From the human T2T-CHM13v2.0 reference genome, Homo sapiens, in assembly GCF_009914755.1 (NCBI RefSeq), contig NC_060928.1: DNA of 64,000 bases; one strand, written 5' to 3'. This document shows positions 34,402 through 51,012 of the stretch, piece after piece. Position numbers and translations under genes: made by a program. The notes beneath the pieces were generated by a model, which did not search any database, was not told where the DNA came from, and saw only the letters and a program-made list of their open reading frames with translations. Positions within the stretch are counted from its first letter, which is position 1; each line of letters begins with the position of its first letter.

Positions 34402-35002
34402 TGATACAGCGCCGATGAGTGGAGGAACACCAAGTTCTTTGTCCTCATGCTGGTTTAGATAAAACGACACTGACACACGTGGAGTGGTTTTAAGGAGCGG
34501 AAAGTTTAATAGGCAAGAAAGAAAAGAGAAGGCAGAAGGAAGAGGCTCTCCTGTACAGAGACAGAGGGAGGGGGGCTCCGAAGCCGAGAGAGGGAACCCC
34601 ATCTGGCAGGGATACCAGCCAGGTATATATACAGAGGCTGGAGGAGGCAGTGTCTGATTTGTATAGGGCTCAGGGGATTGGTTTGACAAAGCATGTCATT
34701 CATATAGCCCAGGAAAAAGCCTGCCCTCCCACCCTAGCCTTTTAATATGCCAATGCAGGGCACCATGATGTTCTACCCACGTGGGGATATGTGGGGGCGG
34801 CCATGTTGCCAGGAAGTGTGGGGCAAGGTCAAGATGGCAGTGGGAATAGCCATGTTTGGGTGGACCCAGTTTCTAATGGATGGCATTTGCATATCAAAGG
34901 TTGCCAGCCTGGCTCTAAGAGCTGCTTTAAAAACGAAAACTTCCCAAGGACCCCTTTTCCTCTCTATCTGCCTAAAATAATTTCTTAATAACTCCTACAA
35001 CA
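34402..35002 (-). mobile_element. ERV1 solo LTR (LTR9-family)
   Basis: Minus strand starts 'tgttgtaggagttattaagaaattattttaggcagatagagaggaaaagggg' and ends 'gctgtatca'; 4-bp TSD ATGA at 34398-34401 and 35003-35006. Confidence 0.8.
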
Positions 35003-35406
35003 ATGACACCAAGGGGCCAAATTCTAAGATTCCACCAACATGATGCAGTTGGCTTGGCACTTCATAACTCAATTAAAGGGATTTTTGAGGGTTGTTGCCT
35101 TAGGTGTACACTGCATGCTTTGAAGTTTTTCCTCATAAAGAACATAATGCAGTAACTTAGGAGAGACCATTAAAGCATTTTTCCCTTTAAGAACTGCAGC
35201 AATAATTATAATCTGGTAGCTACTTTCTTATGTTCTTGTAAGATAACTAGTCATCAACAAATTTTTTTCTCTATTAATTTCACTGCGATCAAATATTTCT
35301 CAATGAAAATAAAAGATAGGAATTTCCTGTATATATATAAACTCAGTTATTTTGAAACAACACATAACATTAGAATTGAGAAAGACCATGGAAATATTGA
35401 TTTCAG

Positions 35407-35841
35407 TGTGAATGAAAAAGAAAAACTTGGGACCTTAATTCACTATGCCAAAAAAGAAAAAAATTAAGCTGAAAGATGAGTCATGCAAGAAACTGCCTTT
35501 CCTTTTGTTCCTAAGCAGATAGCTACAGATAAAAGTTAAACATCTCCACTGACTGCTACTCCATGTTCACCTTATTTTATGTAAAGTGCCGATTTACTGA
35601 GCCCAAGATCAATACTTAACTGACAATTCCCCTACTTGTTCATTTTCCTCTGCAGCTTGTGGATTACCATACTCTCCCCTTTTCCCCTCCAGCTGGCTTT
35701 TCCTCTTTAAATATTGAAGCCTGCAAATTCATCCTTGGAGAAAGGCACAGACCACAGACTGCTTCTGTTATTCCATGTTCATTTCTTCCTGGCATGTCCT
35801 TAACCTTGGCAAAACAAACTTCTAAATCTATTTAGATCACA
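35407..35841 (+). mobile_element. MER4-group solo LTR (MER4C-like)
   Basis: 'tgtgaatgaaaaagaaaaacttgggacc...gatagctacag...taaccttggcaaaacaaacttctaaat', sharing 3' motifs with the other MER4 LTRs in the window. Confidence 0.7.
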
Positions 35842-36724
35842 GAAAGGATTTTTTATTTCTATACTTCTTTAATGTGTTTTTAAATGTCTGCCTAATAGTT
35901 CATGCAGTTGATATTCCATAATCTCATCATGATTGAGTTTATTTCTCAGCTGTATAGAAGAGGACACAAAGGAACAGAAAAGGCAAGTATCTCATCCAGG
36001 ATTACCTAGCTAGTAAAATGAATGCAGGAAAAAGGGAAAGGCCAAGAACAGTCACATCTATCTGTCTTTTCATTTTGTTTCTTCTTTTGCTTTTCATGCT
36101 TAGAAATTCTTTCTCCGCCTAGAGATGAGATGAATATTCAATTATGGTTTCTTCCAATTGTTTCTGGTGCTCATTTTTATATTTATATTTAACCTAAGAT
36201 AATCTGGAATATATTTTGGTAGAACAAATAAATTAGATGTTTGTTCTAAGAGAAGTCTTGATGAAATGATTAAAAAGTTTATCTATAAGAATTAACAGAT
36301 AATACAACTGAGAAATCTTTAAAAGGAAGAGTACTGGAACAGGTAACTTGTACTGACAAAAATTGAAACTGATAATCATCGTAACAATTAGATTAGCATG
36401 CACCGTTTTAAGGAAAACAAGATCAATTCTATTTAGCATAAAAGCAGCAATTAAAATGATATGAAAATCTGTTTTTCTCAGACAGCATATTAGTTTATTA
36501 ATTTAGTATTTGATAATTTTTTCAGATACAGATAATATCTAAGTGATAATTTAAAAAAATCCAAACATCCTAAATAAAAATCTAAGCCAAAATCTCATAA
36601 CAAGCCTGTCTCTTAATGAGCTGTGACAGTGAAATAATCCTTTTTACATGGTGATAGCTGATATTGTGATAGCTGTAAACTTAGCTGTCATCACAGATCT
36701 TGGCTACAGAGGCTGCTGTGGTAA

Positions 36725-37656
<932 letters not shown>

Positions 37657-38755
37657 TTAGAATAGCCCTCAAGGATCCTCTTTCTATCTTTTATACTACC
37701 AAACTTATAAACATATATGTGGTTTCCAGGATGAGGAACACAATACTTGAGATGGAAAACTAAAGACCGGCTATGAGCTCCAAGGTTGAGGAACATATTT
37801 GCTGAACCCTTTTCCTTAAATTACATTTATAGAAATAGGAAAAATGGAATATCTCCATTAGGCATAATTTAAAAGCACTGAAGAAGTGTAGGGATGTGAA
37901 AACACTTCTAAAAAAGCAAGCTTGGCAAAATACCAACTTTTCTCGAGGAACCAATCCATTCTATTTTTCTGTTTGTTTGTCCCAGGTTCTTAAGCAGCAT
38001 CTGATTTCTAAACTCTTACAAGGGTAGTCTGGATAAAGCACGTTTTATTTTCTCTGTTGAAAACTAAGTATTGCTTAAATGGAGAATCATGCCTTATTTG
38101 GTAGTACGCAAAGGTTTAAGGCATTTTTTTTCCTTAGTTGAGGGATATCAATACAGAAAAGTCTGTCACTCTGTTTTAAAATTTATATAAGCTCAAAGTT
38201 TCAAGTGCTAGTTCATGGGGGAAAGAATTTGTTTATTTTTTGTTTTTGCATTTTCTATGACATCTTTTAGCATAAAGCCTTACAGAGATCATTTTTTTAA
38301 ATAGTAGAAACATAAATGCTTATTGAACTGAGCACTCTAGCCAAGGAAAAACTTTTCATTAATTTTGAGATAAGAGGCAAAAATGAAAGCATATTATAAA
38401 CCTTACTGATTATTTCTTCCTTACTTTGGCTATTGGCCATCTTTTAGTTGAAGCATATACATTTATTAAATGTATTAATAAATACATTAAATTAATAAAG
38501 TCCCATATTAAAGAAGTTTATGGAAAGATCTCTCCTTATGTCTTAGTGTTCTCTTCCAGGAAGAGGGTATACAGACTTTATAGAAAGCAGATATTCCCTC
38601 TTATCTTGTAATATATGTCCTTGTGCAGCATGAGAAGAAAACTTTAAGATCACAGACTAGCCTAAGAAAAATGATTTATCTTTCAGCAAATATTTCTCAT
38701 CCATAATTTACTTTGGCTTACTTCTGTGTCTACAAATGTCTGTTGTAGCATATAA

Positions 38756-39243
<488 letters not shown>

Positions 39244-40134
39244 GCAATATCTTTTACAATAAACCAGTAGATGTAAGCATTTCCCTGAGTTCTGTGGGCT
39301 GTTCCAGCAAATTAACTGAACCCAAAAAAGGGGTCATGGGAACTGCAACTTGAAGCGCGGTGGTCAGAAGTTCCAGAGGCCCAGACTTGCAACTGGTTTG
39401 TGTGTAGTTGGCAGTCTTGGGGACGGAGCCCTCAGTTTGTGGAATCTGACTCTATCTCTGGGTAGATAGGATTGGAATGGAACTAAAGAACATCCAGCTG
39501 GTGTCTGCCGCTTGGTGTGTTAGGAAAAAACTCCATGCATTTGGTCATAGAATTCTTCTTCTGTGTTGATGACTGTTGTGTTGTCAGAGGAGAGAGAAAA
39601 CACAGTTAGGGAGAGTTCCCCTACACAATTGATGTCAGTGAAATGGGATTTGCTAGAACAGCCCTCACTCACAGAAACATGTGGTTTAGGAAGAGAAAGG
39701 CTAAAAGGCTGGGAGGATGAGGAATCTTTGATTCCTGGGTGACCATCGTGGTCACCCATGATATGAAGTTGCAGTTGTGTTGAGATCAGTTACTACAGGT
39801 GAAAGTTACCAGCGGAATTTAGAGATGGATAGAACTCCCCAGGAATTGGTTCACTGGATGCAAAAGGGAATGCAAACTAATAAGAAAAAAGCAAAATATT
39901 CAGTCCTTTGGTTGTTGTTACTTAAAATTGCTAAAATGAAAGTAAAATAGGGTGCTGCATCAGGACTTGAAGTTGGACCAAGTTCAGATGGGGACATGTC
40001 TGAGCTTAGTTAGGCCACTAGCCTCAAAGTCACACACAAAGGAGAAAATTATGCAGGGACAGTAGAAAGTACCTCTGAAACCTGTGGAAGACAGTCAATG
40101 TGAAGGCAGGGCAAAACCAAGTAACTATTTAAAC

Positions 40135-40660
40135 TATTAGAGTAGGTAGTTAGGTAGGCATGAGCAGGACAGGAGCGAGGCCCCATCCAGAAATGCCAGG
40201 CAACCATCAGGTGATGGTTAGTTGGTTGTTAAACTGTTGCTCTAAAATAATAATTGGTCACAGCCAGTGCAGGGAAAAACAGTCTCCCAATAAATAGACA
40301 ATACCTGAAACTGGTGATCAGCAGCTTCCTGATAAGATTTCAGGAGTTGGGTGAACAGGCTCAAGAATGCCCACTAAAAAGCAAAATGGCAGAGATTAAC
40401 TGGTATATGATCTTTCTCTAGGAAAACTTGACTGGTAAGGAAAAAATGCCTCAAATGAGCATGTGTACAACTTTGGCAAACACAGTGTGCATGTTGCCCC
40501 TCCCCAAGTGCTGGCGGACCAGTGTGCATGCAGATAGCCCACCCCAAGGGAAGAATCAGGGGAGAAGAAATGCAAACCTTGGAACGATGCCAATGTATTC
40601 TTTCCTCCTTGCAGGCAAGAATCGTTTGCTGCAGACCTGTTGGATTCACAGCTGGTAACA
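40135..40660 (+). mobile_element. ERV1 solo LTR (MER50-like) inserted in the MER21 internal region
   Basis: 'tattagagtaggtagttaggtaggcatgagcagg...gctggtaaca'; 4-bp TSD AAAC at 40131-40134 and 40661-40664. Confidence 0.8.
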
Positions 40661-43600
40661 AAACCGGAGAGTATAGTGTGAAGGAATTGTTTCATTTTTG
40701 TAGAATGGTGTTATCAGCTTCCTGAGGAACTATTGCTAAAATGGATTATAAGAATGACAAATGTAGGGGCAGTGTCTTTGGTTTCAAATCTTGCAGAGTG
40801 AAGAGCATGTTTGGGTTGATATAGGACCCACAGCTGACCATTTGAACAATCACAGATGGGTATATATGATCCAGATATGTAGGTTATTCCGCAAGGAACA
40901 GCCAGTCTGATAGATTGGATAAAAGCCATTATAAGATCTATTTGAGAAGGTGGACTGTTGAACTCCACCTATAAATGCCAAGTGGAACACCTTACATAAG
41001 GCAGCTGATACAATTCATATGCAAGCCATGTGTGACTGGCTTTATGAGGACATGAATATTCACTCAGTGAATATGTCCATTACCCAGGTCACGGTAAATA
41101 CTCTGGTTAAGGGGACCCCATGTGACATTACTCCTGCAGACTCAAATAGTTCAAGAAGCCTTATCAAATTTGTGGACTGAGTTTCCCCTCATGGATCTCA
41201 CAGATGCTAATAAAAACATTAGGTTAATTAATAAGAGAACAGTGAAAGGCAAAAGGGAGAGTCAAAGACTCATCCCCGGAAGATAGAAATTTTAAAATGG
41301 TTATTAAAAAATAAGGTGAATGAAGAAAACATTGATGGGGTGAAACTAAGAAGAAAAAGAAAGGGGAGAGTCATGGGACTCGTCCCAGCAGAATGGAAAA
41401 CTTTAGATGCTTATTAAGAAATAGAATCAATAAAATAGACATTGATGGGGTTAAGCAAAGGTCTTAATACAACACTATTGTAGGTTGGATGGACCAGAGG
41501 GGGCCCCATCTTGTCCCCCAACATTAAAAGGCCGCAAACCAGTCTGCTGTATTTCTGCCAGCTTGGAGAAATTTAAAAAGCTGGAAGGCAGAGATTACAA
41601 TGAAAAATCAGATCTAAAATTGCCTGGGGCAACAGTCAGGCAGACTAATCGAGATAAAGATTAATAAAAGGGCCAGGGTCCTTGGGCTCAATCCTTGGCT
41701 GGGGACCCAAAGCTTTTTACACAAGAGAGGGTAAAATGACCTGGGGGTAAAGAAGAGAAGATCCTGAAACTAGAACATAAAAATGTAAGAGTTGATAGGA
41801 CTATGGAAGTTGGTATATTTGAAAACACTTTATGTGAAGTGATTGCATCTCTTTTACCTGATTTTTTTTTTTGTGGGAATGAACAAAGTATCTCATTGGG
41901 AAATATTTCTCCTCCCTGGTGCTGTAAAACAGAAGGCATGTAATAATCTGCCCTCAAGCAATATTAATTGGACATGCTAAATGGGAACCAGTGAGATTGC
42001 CCAAGTCCACACAGTGCAGAGTAGAAGCTAGAATGCTGTTATGGATAAATTCTCCACTTGATAAGCCTCTGTGATGCTATTTCCTGGATCTTGTGGCAAA
42101 AGCCTCTGAGCACCTCCCAGCAACATCTACTGGGACTTTGGACTATGGAACTTCCATCTGAGGGGCATTTACTGCTTTGCTGTGAAATGTTAGGTGAAGC
42201 TACCGCTATTAACACCTGAAATACCCATGTTGGCCCAGCGATGTCAGAGAAACATTCTAACAGGGATGGCAGTGCCCAGGAGAGTTCCATAATAAAATGG
42301 ACATGGTTTATCGAGGATCATGCCACCTAAGAACTGCAAGGAGGGGATACTCTTGAGCAGGGTGTTTCTTTTCTCCTGAGACTGACTCTGGAACTGTGTG
42401 AGAAACTGCTGGATTCTACAGTGCCTGATAAATGGCTCTCAACTCATGAGAAAGAGCTACTTAGTTTGTGGCCGGTAATTCCAAGGTAAATGGACACCAT
42501 TGTGTTTGGAAGGCAGCTACTTTGATAAAAGAAGGTAAAAACAGATCTGCTTGGTGGGCTGAATTGCACACTGTTTTTCTAACAGTGATGGAAGAATTGA
42601 TCAATGGTAAAAGCCCCTGAGTTTGGGTGTTTACTGAGCTGTGGGCAGTGTGACCCATGGCCTGGCCATACACTCAGGCAAGAGGGCCATGGAAATTTGG
42701 CCTATTAAATGGATGCACATAGGAGCACTGTTCTATGGAGATTTGAGGGGTGCATTAAAGAAGAACAAGTGAATGCCCATCAGAAGAACTCCCTTCCAGG
42801 TTCAGAAAGTGACTGGAATTGACAAGCAGATATCCCCATGTACTCCCTTGAAGTGGCCACCTGGGCCTTTGAAATGAGTGGATATGGGGGTATTGTAACA
42901 GGGCAGAGATGGGCTGAATGTAGAGATGGTTTTTTTGCACCTTCTCAGGCACAAAATGCCAGAAAGAACTGTTGTGTTTCTCAATAAGAAAGCCAGAGAC
43001 TGCTGACGGCTTTGGGACAGATTCTCTGGTGGGAAGGCCCTGAACATAGCTGGCAAGTGCGACAAATGCTGGTAGCCCTGGAGGCTACAAATGGGTCTTG
43101 ACAGGAATAGACACTGGCTATGGAGTGGATGTTGCTTGCCCAGAAGAAGATGAAAATTCTCTGAGTGCCATAAAAAACCGGAACAGAAGATATTACATGG
43201 ATATAGATGGCTAACCATCAGTTTTTCAGACCAAGGAACACACTGTACAGCCCATAAGAATAGTCCAACAATGGACAAAGAGATATCCACCTAGAGTAAT
43301 AGTTTGATAGAGCAGTAGAGCAGGCAATTGAAACATTGATTGTGTAAAACAGGGGGAGATAAAAGCACAAAGGGCTGGCTCACATGCCTTCCTGTCTGCT
43401 CACACTCAACATGAGCAGGACTAGAGTGTTTCTGCTAGATTTTTTTTCTTTGTTTTTCTGGTTGATCTGGGGAACAGGGAGTTGGGAGGATGCTGGTATG
43501 ACTATGCTATTCTTGCCAAGGGACGAGTACACTGGTATAACAAATGTAAGTTTTTCTTTCTTCCCCAAATCACCTAAAAGAAATTTATTTTTTTCTCCCC

Positions 43601-44765
43601 TGGCTGATGCAGTGGTCCTAGGACCAGGACTGCAATTACAACTGCTGGATTAGCAGGGGTGATTTCTAAGCAAAAACCTGTAACTGTGTTTTGAAACCTT
43701 ATATCAAAATTCCCAAAGGCATGATGGGAGTGGGTTGTGTCTTCATGCTATCTAGAAAAATTGGGGCTATCAGTGAATGCAGCTATATTGCCTGGTGGTA
43801 AAAATAGCTCACTAGTTCTGCACCTATGTAACCTTACCCGGTCTGAATTGGCGTGGACTGAGGAGGAGCTAATTGCTAGACTTGTATTACTACTTGCAAT
43901 GTAGACCGGCACTGTGGTGGTTCTAATTTCTCTTCCAAAGGTGAAAAGGTTTAGGTATTAATGGAGAGAAGGAGAAATAGTAGCTGAGAGTAAATAAATG
44001 AATAAATGAGTTATTAATTGAGAAAAATTCAGTATTACATAACAACTCAAAAGAGTCTCAGAGCAAGAGATGACATTGTCTCTTAGCTTAATTATCCCAG
44101 ATGCCTTAAAGGGTGAAGCTGCGTATTTACTGAGGCCACTCCTGCTTTCGAGACCTGACAAGATTGAGAGGAAACTTGCAACCCTGAGTGGCCTCATCCT
44201 GGAAGACATTCAAACAATATGAAGGATTTGATTAATTGTTAATGATTGTGCATAATATATATATTTTTGAAGTAAAGGCACCATGGTGGAAAACCAGGGA
44301 GTGGCCTGTGGTGTTATGATATACACTGGTTTTAGTCCACAGTTCCTGGCTTATAACTCCTATATCCCTTGTTACAATATTTTCTTTTTTTTATATAATG
44401 TTGGGTATGTTAGGCCTCAGGAGCAAGCCTCTGACCTTCTCCTGCCTTACTTTCACTCTAATGTTTCCCCACTTTCTAATTGTGACGCTTAAGACTCTCA
44501 CAGGAGAGGGTTCCATCCTATATCCTGAGGGAAGGAATGCTGATGTCATGAAGCTTTCATAAAAACCCAAGAGGACAGGGTTCAGTGAGCTTCCGGATAG
44601 CTGAACATGTGGCACTTCCTGGAGGGTGGCGCACCCAGGGAGGGCATGGAAGCTCCGGGCCCCTTCCTTCATACCTTCCCCTGTGGTTCTCTTCATCTGG
44701 ATCCTTTGCAATATCCTTTATAATAAACCAGTACATGTAAGAAAAAAAAAAATATGTACTTACAG

Positions 44766-44862
44766 TTTCCTTCCTTCCTTCCTTCTCCTTCCTTCCTTCC
44801 TTCCTTCCCTCTCTCCCTCCCTCCCTCCCTCCCTCCCTCCCTCCCTCCCTCCCTCCCTCCCT

Positions 44863-44908
<46 letters not shown>

Positions 44909-44982
44909 TTCCTTCCTTCCTTCCTTCCTTCCTTCCTTCCTTCCTTCCTTCCTTCCTTTCTTTTCTTTCCTCTCTCTCTTTC
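44766..44982. repeat. Compound polypyrimidine microsatellite (TTCC)n-(CCCT)n-(CTTT)n-(TTCC)n
   Basis: About 215 bp of C/T only, forming the expanded tail of the adjacent reverse Alu. Confidence 0.97.
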
Positions 44983-45263
44983 TGACAAACTCTCGCACTG
45001 TCACCAGGCTGGAGTGCAGTGGCATGATCTTGGCTCACTGCAACTCCTACCTCCTGGGTTCAAGCTATTCTCCTGCCTCAACCTCCCAAGTAGCTGTGAC
45101 TATAGGCACATGCCACCAAGCCCAGCTAATTTTTTTTGTATTTTTAGTAGAGACGGGGTTTCACCATGTTGGCCAGGATGGTCTCATCTCTTGACCTTGT
45201 GATCCACCTGCCTCGGCCTCCCAAAGTGCTGGGATTACAGGCGTGAGCCACCATGCCTGGCCA
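44983..45263 (-). mobile_element. AluSc-like
   Basis: Reverse Alu dimer. Confidence 0.92.
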
Positions 45264-46210
45264 ACCTACAGTATTTTTTCTAAGGCCATCTCTAGCTGCA
45301 TACTTACCACACTAGGTAAATTTTCTGTAAAGGCATATGCCATAAATCAGGATTTTTTTGTTGTGGTTTTTTGGTCAAGATTAGTTTCTACATATCATCC
45401 AGTATTTGTTACGTCTAATGAGAGGTTGTATATATACATGTGAATGTTTCAGGACCATATGTCAATTATTCCATTTAAAATATTGCTGTCCTACTTCTCA
45501 GAAAAAAGGCAAGGCATAAATTATTGTTTTTACTATTTTAAAAAATGTAGCCCTTCATCAGAGCTTAGATCTATAGGTATAAATTACTAATGCTCATCCC
45601 TTTCCAGTGGCAAAAAGGAGATATCAAATTATTTTGAGATTTGAGTAAGAATAAAATTAATAAATAGCAAGAGGACAGGTGTGTGAAAGTTTTCATATGA
45701 GTAACGCTCGGGTTACTTATTTCTTTCCTTTTAACAAGAATTATTTAGCCCTTGCCTGGCTCTTGCTGCAGTCAATTTGAGAGGAAAGGACATCTTGCCA
45801 TTGATTTTAATTATTCCCAGTCATCCCATTCCTTTTTTAGTAGATTGAAACTCTCTTGGGCTGGTTTTCTAGCTCCACCTACGTATTGGTTGGCACTGTC
45901 TTCATTTAATTTTGCCTGTTATTATTCCTTCATAATGCCTTTCCCTGAAGTGACAGAACATCCTTCACCTGCCAAGGTCAGCAGTTTGCTACAGGAGATG
46001 ACACTTCCAGGATCATATGCCAAGTCTATGTAAGGGCACAAGCGAACGGTGGTGGTAACTAATAGTCTTAAAGTTATCTTGTTTATTCTTATTTCAGCTT
46101 TCCTGCTATATTTTTTGCATACTCTCTAAAGTAATACATGGTAATTGGAAAAATGTGAGAAGATAAAAAAGAAAATCAGAGAGAATGAGATTGTGTATTA
46201 ATTAGTTATC

Positions 46211-46264
46211 ACCAAACAAAACTCCAGACTGTATAAATACCAAACAAACTCCAGACTGTATAAA
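46211..46264 (+). repeat. Tandem duplication, ~27-bp unit x2
   Basis: 'accaaacaaa(a)ctccagactgtataaa' twice. Confidence 0.9.
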
Positions 46265-46572
46265 AAGTAAAAACAGGAAATAATCATTTCAAAATTTCAT
46301 TGGATTAATGTTTTCTATTCCTGCATTCTTCCCCCTCCTTCTTACCTCTTCCTCCTCATCTTTCTTCTTTTCCCCATGTCAAGTAATTTCCAAGATGGCC
46401 CAGGAATAAAGATATGCAGTTACAAAACATTCTAGCCCTAACTAGTAAGAACAAATATTCTTTCTGTGAATAGAAAGGATAGATGGATCTGTATATACAC
46501 AGACTTGCATGTGAGTTTTTAGAATATGTACATCAGTTAGATTGTGTTAAGGCACAAAGCCATAGAGTTATG

Positions 46573-46803
46573 CCCCACATTAGGAAATACTTCCAGGAAT
46601 GTGTATTGCATGAATAAATAAATGAACCAATAGCTTACTATGTGTCAGATTCTTTGCTGTCCTTTAAATAGATGATCTTATTGAATCTTTTCCCCATATT
46701 AGGAAATACTTCTAGGAATAAGTATTGCATGAATAAATGATGAACCAATAGCTTACTATGTGTCAGATTCTTTGCTGTCCTTTAAATAGATGATCTTGTT
46801 GAA
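46573..46803 (+). repeat. Tandem duplication, 119-bp period x2
   Basis: 'cccca(c/t)attaggaaatacttc(c/t)aggaat...gaaccaatagcttactatgtgtcagattctttgctgtcctttaaatagatgatctt(a/g)ttgaa' at 46573 and 46692. Confidence 0.95.
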
Positions 46804-47331
46804 AATTCACTGTGAAAAGAATGGGGATCTAGCATGATAAAAAGATACTTGTTGACTTTATGGCAGGACACAAGTTACACATTTTGCAGACTTAAGAGAG
46901 GCTGTGTGGCCTGAATTTTGAAGTAGTACCTACTGCTATAGTAGTGGGCACTCAGATTTTGTAGAATTAGGCTTATCAGAAATCCTCAGTTTAATTGTAC
47001 ATTCTATGCACTTAATATTTGAGATTTGTTACATTGTATTGGTGTCTAATATTTTATTCATTCCCTATGAGTGCCAGAAAAGGAGTGAAGGTAGAGAATA
47101 TTTCATTTGTCAGTATTCCATGAAACTACTGATTATGGGAAATTCATGAAAGAGCTTACAGTTTAAAATTCTACAATGGATTAATTAAATATATATATCT
47201 GATTACAGCTGAAGTTCAAGTCCCTCAGATCAATCAGCAGTATTTTCAGAGATAAGTAGATTTATTTCTTAATTAATTAATTAATATTTATGTGTCTATT
47301 AAATATGGTTCTTCATTGCACATACTTTGAA

Positions 47332-48360
<1,029 letters not shown>

Positions 48361-48651
48361 ATGTATATATATATGTGTATATAAATATATATGTATGTAT
48401 GTGAGGAGGATAATAGTTAATCCTAACAGATTAACTTGGAATCATTCAATAAGTAGACTGAACTAAAATTGGGAAGCCATTATTTGGTATTAAATTATGG
48501 GCACCAGGGGTAAATGACTGACTAATAGAGCAGGAAACACCAGACAGAGAAAGGAATGAAATACAAATGATGGTCAGTAGGGAGGAGGTGGTCAAGGAAA
48601 ATGAGTTATGAACAGAAAGAACTCTATTTACAGGCTGACACTATAAATGCT

Positions 48652-49822
48652 TGTAAATGAAAAATAAAATTCTAAGGCCTCCAGTGAACTGAATGGAACC
48701 CTCATCTTGGCCAAGGGTATTCCAAAGTTAACCTGAAACACTAGTTCAAGCCATGACGGGAATGAGTGGTCAGACATGCCTCATTATACCCTCGTCCTGT
48801 TGGAATTCAGTCACTACTGACCAGCATTAACATTAAAACAGAGACCTTGGCCGGATGCGGTGGCTCACACCTGTAATCCCAGCACCCGCCTCAGCACTTT
48901 GGGAGGCTGAGGCGGGTGGATCACGAGGTCAGGAGTTCAAGACCTGCCTGGCCAAGATGGTGAAACCCCGTCTCTACTAAAAATACAAAAATTAGCCGGG
49001 CATGGTGGTGGGCACCTGTAATCCCAGCTACTCGGGAGGCTGAGGCAGAGAATTGCTTGAACCCAGGAGGCGGAGGTTGCAGTGAGCCAAGATCGTGCCA
49101 CTGCACTCCAGCCTGGGTGACAGAGGGAGACTCTGTCTCAAAAAAAAAAAAAAAACAGAGTCCTTAAGACAACGAAGGGAGACACTGTAGCAATAAGAGA
49201 CCAACATAGCAGACAGCAGGCCCTGAAGAAAACTGAAATATTTTACCCCAAGATATATTTCTTTGACATATTTTGAAATGGCCCTGCAATGGTGTCTGTT
49301 GTGGGGAAAATCCATATTCTGTAAAGAATTCCCTTCCTTTTCCAAGTCTTTTTCCTGATCCAGGAGAGAATTAACTAAGAATTTGGCACCTTTTTAAGTC
49401 TGATGAGAAATATTTACAGTGTATTCTCTCTGAAGCCTCCCATCTGGAGGCTTTATCTGCATAATAAAAGCCTTGATCTCCACAACAACCGCTTTTCTTA
49501 ACCCAGACACTCCCTTCTATTGATTCCACGCCTTTAGATAAACTCTTCAACTGTGAATCCACCTATGACCTGAAATCCCACTCCCCACAAGCCCTCCCAA
49601 CCAAGTTGAGTTGTCCCACCTTTCCAGACCAAAGCAATATACATCTTACATGTATTGATTGATGTTTTATGTCTCCTTAAAATGTATAAAACCAAGCTGT
49701 AGCTGACCACCTTGGGCACATGTTCTCAGGACTCCTAAGGTTGTGTCACGGGTATGTTTTTGACCTTGGCAAAATAAACTTCTAAATTGTTTGGGAACTG
49801 TCTCAAATACCCTTTGGGTTAC
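48652..49822 (+). mobile_element. MER4-group solo LTR (MER4E-like) with an inserted AluS (48849-49155)
   Basis: 'tgtaaatgaaaaataaaattctaagg...ccaaagttaacctgaaa...gaccttggcaaaataaacttctaaattg...gggttac'; Alu TSD 'aaaacagag(a/t)cctt'. Confidence 0.8.
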
Positions 49823-50616
49823 TCCCTGAACTATGCCAGAAAATCATTGACATTGTGAAGGGAAAATATCTTGGGTCCCCCAAATCACTAAGCTAAAGGG
49901 AAAAGTTAAGGTTGGGAACCTCTTAGGGAAACCTGCCTCCCACTCTATTCAGTCACCCCTCTTCTCACTGAGATAAGCGCATATCTGATTGCCTCCTTTG
50001 GAGAGGCTGATCACAAACTCAAAAGAATGCAACCATTTGTCTCTTATCTACTTATGACCTGGAAGCCCCCTCCAAGCTTCCAGTTGTCCTGCCTTTCCAG
50101 ACCGAAATGATGTTCATCTTACATATGTTGATTGATGTCTCATGTCTCCCTGAAATGTATAAATCCAAACTGCTCTGACTGCCTTGGGACATGTCATCAG
50201 AACTTCCTGAGGCTGTCATGGGCTCACATCCTCAACCATGGCAAAATAAGCTTTCTGAATTAACTGAGACCTGTCTCATAATTTGGGGGTTCATGTTTTG
50301 GTAACCACAGAGGGATTCTAAGTAGAGGTGCCCCTGACCTTTGACAAATCTCCTTTTGGTGTTTGGTATCAGCTTGAGCTATCTTTATGGCTCAAACCAA
50401 TAGGATAATTTGCTGAGGTCTGGAAGCACCCTCTCCAGAGAATCCCTGATCTTCCAAAATTTGGTTGAGATCTACAGTTTATTTTGGTACGTAACTCCTT
50501 TTTTTGAATTTTACTTGCTTCCAACCCAAGGAAGGCAAGTTTTCCCTGCTTCCATAATGATGGAAGGCAGATAACTCCTTTATGGAGTTTGAGCTCACTT
50601 CCAACAGGGAAGATGA

Positions 50617-50927
<311 letters not shown>

Positions 50928-51012
50928 GATGAGATCCCCTCCGCTGCCCCCTACTTCTAGGATGGTAGAGAGCAGCCTTCAGCCTGAAATCCATCCCTAG
51001 GCAAGTAAATGA

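Noticed and set aside
40700-43900. gag, RNase H, integrase and dUTPase-like motifs as a coding or domesticated ERV gene
   Set aside because: The motifs are recognisable but broken by many stops and frameshifts, and no long plus-strand ORF covers them.
44557-45194. Long low-complexity ORFs (KEGR/LPSF repeats)
   Set aside because: They are translations of the stop-free (TTCC)n microsatellite plus Alu sequence.
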